The notes below the pieces were generated by a model. That model made no database searches and was not told the DNA's origin. It saw only the letters and a list, made by a program, of their open reading frames with translations. A DNA stretch of 64,000 bases from the human T2T-CHM13v2.0 reference genome, Homo sapiens, in assembly GCF_009914755.1 (NCBI RefSeq), contig NC_060931.1. The stretch is one strand, 5' to 3'. Of the stretch, positions 59,928 to 64,000 are shown piece by piece. A program made the translations under genes and the position numbers. Positions within the stretch are counted from its first letter, which is position 1; each line of letters begins with the position of its first letter.

Positions 59928-61399
59928 CACAGCACTTACAGAGCACACTAGGCTTCTGGCACTCGCATAAAATGAAGACTTGGAGTTTTAGCTGAGTACT
60001 AAAGGAGGACCATCCTCCCACCGAAGGATGAAGAATTTAAGGATATGTAAGTTGAGCTGTACTTATGTTCATCTGTGATTTTTACAAGTCACTTATTGCT
60101 ACATGTATCCTTTAAATATGCGTTGTCCTTCCTCCTAAAATGGTTTCACCATAATAAGTGAAATGTCAGCTTGTCACATTAAATTATAAATTATAAATTA
60201 CCATCACCTTAGTCCTCTACATATCCTTCAACTTCATTATGACACTGTCCTTCAGAGATAAGGAACAGAAAGGCTTTAATGAAAACTTCAGCTAATGTAA
60301 TAATTAGGGAAGGATGAGCTAATTAAGAAACATACAAAGACTGATTAAAATTATCCTTATACTTCAATCACACAGATTAAATGAAGGCAGAAACTTTCTT
60401 TAGGAAATTCAATCTAGTCTACTATTTAATTTTAAAATCATAGTAAATATTAAGATGTTTGTAAAAATCGTATTCTATGTATTTTCTTTCATTTAGAAAC
60501 AGAAATTAGAATACACGTCATAAAAAGAGAGACTATGGTGATGTGTTTTACAGCCTAGCTATAATAATCTGGGTAAACACGCTTCTCTAGCAAGTACCTT
60601 ACATTGTTGTCCAAAATATTGAGATATTACATTTGTCCATTTTTTGCCATCTGGATTTATCTACCAAGATCATACATGTGATGGCAATGAAAATGGCAGG
60701 CACTTCAAAACTGTTGCCTGACTGACCTGTTATAAATATTGTAATCTAAGGTAGAGAATCTGGAAACACTTTTTTAAGGTAATTGAGAATGATAAAAGAC
60801 AATTTAACTTTAGGAAATCTGACTCCCAAGACACTGACTTGATTCTTATATTTTTAAGTAGAGTGATCTACAGTAGCTGAAAGAAAATGTCTAGGTGGTA
60901 GCATTCGTGTCTTCTATCTTCCATACCAAGATGATTGATTCAGTTTTCTTAGCTTTTTGGTTGCATGTTGTCTTCATATTCTGCTATTTCTTTCTCCTTC
61001 AGTGTTCCCACAAAGCTCAAACTATTATATAATGTGTACAGAAAACAAATTCAATAAAATTAGTCATCACTATTGGTTTGGGTTTGTGTAGCAGAAAAAA
61101 ATATATATTCTTTTTTTTTAACTTCAAGTCTTATACTAGATTGACTTTGCAAGAACAAATTAAAAAGACCAGAAATAAAGGGTCAACAAATTTTCTCCTC
61201 ATAATTATATCATTTAAATTATAAGGGGTATTTATTTGCATGCACATTTTCATAAGCAAGTTGCACACCAGTCTGTCTTTGAAATTATCATTTTTATTAT
61301 TAATATAAAATTAATAATAAGTGAGATTCAACACTAGCAGTTGAGTACATCCAGAGAAAAACAATGAGGATGAAGGATTTATGAACACTATTGGACGAA

Positions 61400-61480
61400 T
61401 AACTTTTTTCAAACTTATTGATTGATTGATGTTCTAAAGTATATATACATTGTGGAATGGTTAAATCTAGCTAATTAATG
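61400..61480 (-). mobile_element. L1MA-type 3' end fragment
   Basis: tatacattgtggaatggttaaatctagctaattaa. Confidence 0.65.
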
Positions 61481-62943
61481 TGCACAAATCAGTAGCTCTG
61501 CTATACACAAACAGCAACCAAGCTGAGAATCAAATCAAGAACTCAACCCCTTTTACAAGAGCTCCAAAATTAAAATTCTTAGGAATATACCTAACCAAGA
61601 AGGTAAAAGACCTCTACTAGGAAAACTACAAACACTGCTGAAATAAATAATAAACGATACAAACAAATGAAATACATCTCATGTGCATGGATTGGTAGAA
61701 TCAATATTGTGAAAATGACCATACTGCCAAAAGAAATCTACAAATTCAATGCAATTCTCATCAAAATACCACAACCATTCTTCACACAGCTAGAAAAAAA
61801 AATCCTGAAATTCACATGGAACCAAAAAATGTTCACATAGCAAAAGCAAGACTAAGCAAAAAGAACAAATCTAAAGGCATCACATTACCCGACTTCAAAC
61901 TATACTGTAAGGCCACAGGCACCAAGACAGCATGGGACTGGTATAAAAATAGGCACATAGACCAATGAAACAGAATAGAGAACCCAGAAATAAAGTCAAA
62001 TACCTACAGCCAGATGATCTTCAACAAAGCAAGTGAAAACATAAAGTGGGGAAAGGACACCCTATTCCACAAATGGTGCTGGGATAATTGGCAAGCCACA
62101 TGTAGAAGAATGAAACTGGATCCTCATCTCTCACTTTATACAAAAATCAACTCAAGATGGATCAAAGACTTAAATCTAAGACCTGAAACCACATAAATTC
62201 TACAAAGTAATATCAGAAAAATCCTTCCTTCTAGACATTGTCTTAGACAAAGACTTCATGACCAAGAACCAAAAAGTAAATGCAACAAAAACAAAGATAA
62301 GTAGATGGGACTTGATTAAACTGGAAAGTTTCTGCAAAGCAAAAGAAATGATCAGCAGAGTTAACGGACAACCCACAAAGTGAAAGAACATTTTCACAAT
62401 CTATACATCCAACAAAGGACTAATATCCAGAATCTACAAGGAACTCAAATCAACAAGCAAAAACCAAACAATCCTATCAAAAACTAGGCTAAGGACATGA
62501 ATAAACATTCTTAAAAGAAGACATGCAAATGGCCAAACAAGCATATGGAAAAATGCTCAGCATCACTAATTATCAGAAAAATGCAAATCAAAACCACAAT
62601 GTGATACCACCTTACTCATGCAAGAATGGCCATAATCAAAAAATCAAAAAATATCTGATGTTGGCATGGAAGTGGTGAAAAGGGAACACTTTTACACTGT
62701 TGGTGGGAATGTAAACTGTTAAAACCACTATGGAAAACAGTGTGGAGATTCCTTAAAATCTAAAAGTAGATCTACCATTTGATCCAGCAATCCCACTACT
62801 AGGTATCTACCAAGAGGAAAAGAAGTCATTATACGAAAAAGATACTGCACACGCATGTTTATAGCAGCACAGTTTGCAATTGCAAAAATAGGGAACCAGC
62901 CCAGATGACCATCAATCCATGAGTGGATAAAGAAAGTGTGATA
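61481..62943 (+). mobile_element. L1PB-type ORF2 fragment lacking 3' UTR
   Basis: caagctgagaatcaaatcaagaactcaacc; ORF 62014-62196 [20 protein letters not shown] is L1 ORF2. Confidence 0.88.
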
Positions 62944-64000
62944 TTGGGGAGAATATTGCTGCTGGTTGGTTTTCTCATCCAGTTAATCTTGACCACTCTA
63001 CTTTTTAATTTTCTTTCAGCTGTCTAGGTTAAAAGGAGTTTGTGGACCACACTTCTTACATTCATATTTATGCAACTGAAACTATGCACAAAGAGTTCTA
63101 GTACATTTGTTTCTCACTTTATTCAATGAACACAGGCCATCTCTGTATGAAAATAAGGATGATCAAGAATAAAGGGAAACAAGGCATAAAGGAAAATAGA
63201 GACCAGAGGTGACAGAAATCGAGAAGCAAGCAAACAAAACCCCCTTAAGAGTCTATCTATATAGGCAGACAAATTCTGAATGAAGGTAAAGAAAGAGTGA
63301 CTTATTAAATCAAATTTCCTGAGTAGTCTGCTTTTCTTTCTTGGTAATTGGTAGGAGAGAAGTCTGAGACATGGAGAATTCATTTTCCATAGCTGTGTTT
63401 TGTTGCTACTATTTTTCAAATCTATATTTGTCATTTTTGGGGATGGAAATAATTCTTCAAAGAGTATAATTTCCAAAATGATAAACTGTAATTTGGGCTA
63501 TAGAGAGAGCTATTCTGTCAAGTTGACCGATTCACTAAAGAAGATTCTGATTCTGTATAATAAATTGTTATGAGAAAGTTGAATGGAAATCAATATAATG
63601 TGTATTTCTTTAAGTTGGCAATATACATACAATTTTATGTATCAATTTAAAATAAATAAGTTGAAAAAAGGTTATTCATCCAATAGTGTTCATAAATCCT
63701 TCATCCTCATTGTTTTTCTCTGGATGCACTCAATTGCTAGTGTTGAATCTCACTTATTATTAATTTTATATTAATAATAACAATGATAATTTCAAAGACA
63801 GGCTGTGTGCAACTTGCTGATGAAAATGTGCATGTGAATAAGTATCCCTTATAATCTAAATGATATAATTATCAGCAGAAAATTTGATGACCCTTTATTT
63901 CTGGTCTCGTTAATTTGTTCTTGCAAAGTCAATCTAGTATAAGACTTGAAGTTTAAAAAAAGAATAGTAAATAATTTTTTTTCTTGCTACACAAACCCAA

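Noticed and set aside
61400-62943. Possible second twin-primed L1 (minus 3' end joined to plus ORF2)
   Set aside because: The two parts look like different subfamilies, several hundred bp would be missing, and I found no TSD.

Overview
AT-rich primate genomic DNA, most likely human or great ape given AluY and an L1PA2-type 3' end. I find no supportable protein-coding gene, RNA gene or CpG island. The longer ORFs in the track are repeat-derived (L1 ORF2 fragments, THE1 internal ORF remnants, Alu and LTR read-through). The window is largely interspersed repeats. These include long interrupted L1M/L1PB stretches, an L1PA2 with a twin-priming inversion, about 10 Alus, nine MaLR insertions, ERV1 LTRs (one triple nest), an ERVL/LTR16 remnant and several DNA transposons. 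The most unusual structure is at 16361-18777: a THE1 internal region with a THE1 3' LTR but an MLT2A2-like (HERV-L) 5' LTR. The two are joined at the primer-binding site, flanked by one apparent TSD, and sit inside a collinear host L1. This is the product expected from intermolecular plus-strand transfer between co-packaged HERV-L and THE1 genomes. Subfamily names are assigned from remembered consensus sequences and need RepeatMasker/Dfam confirmation.
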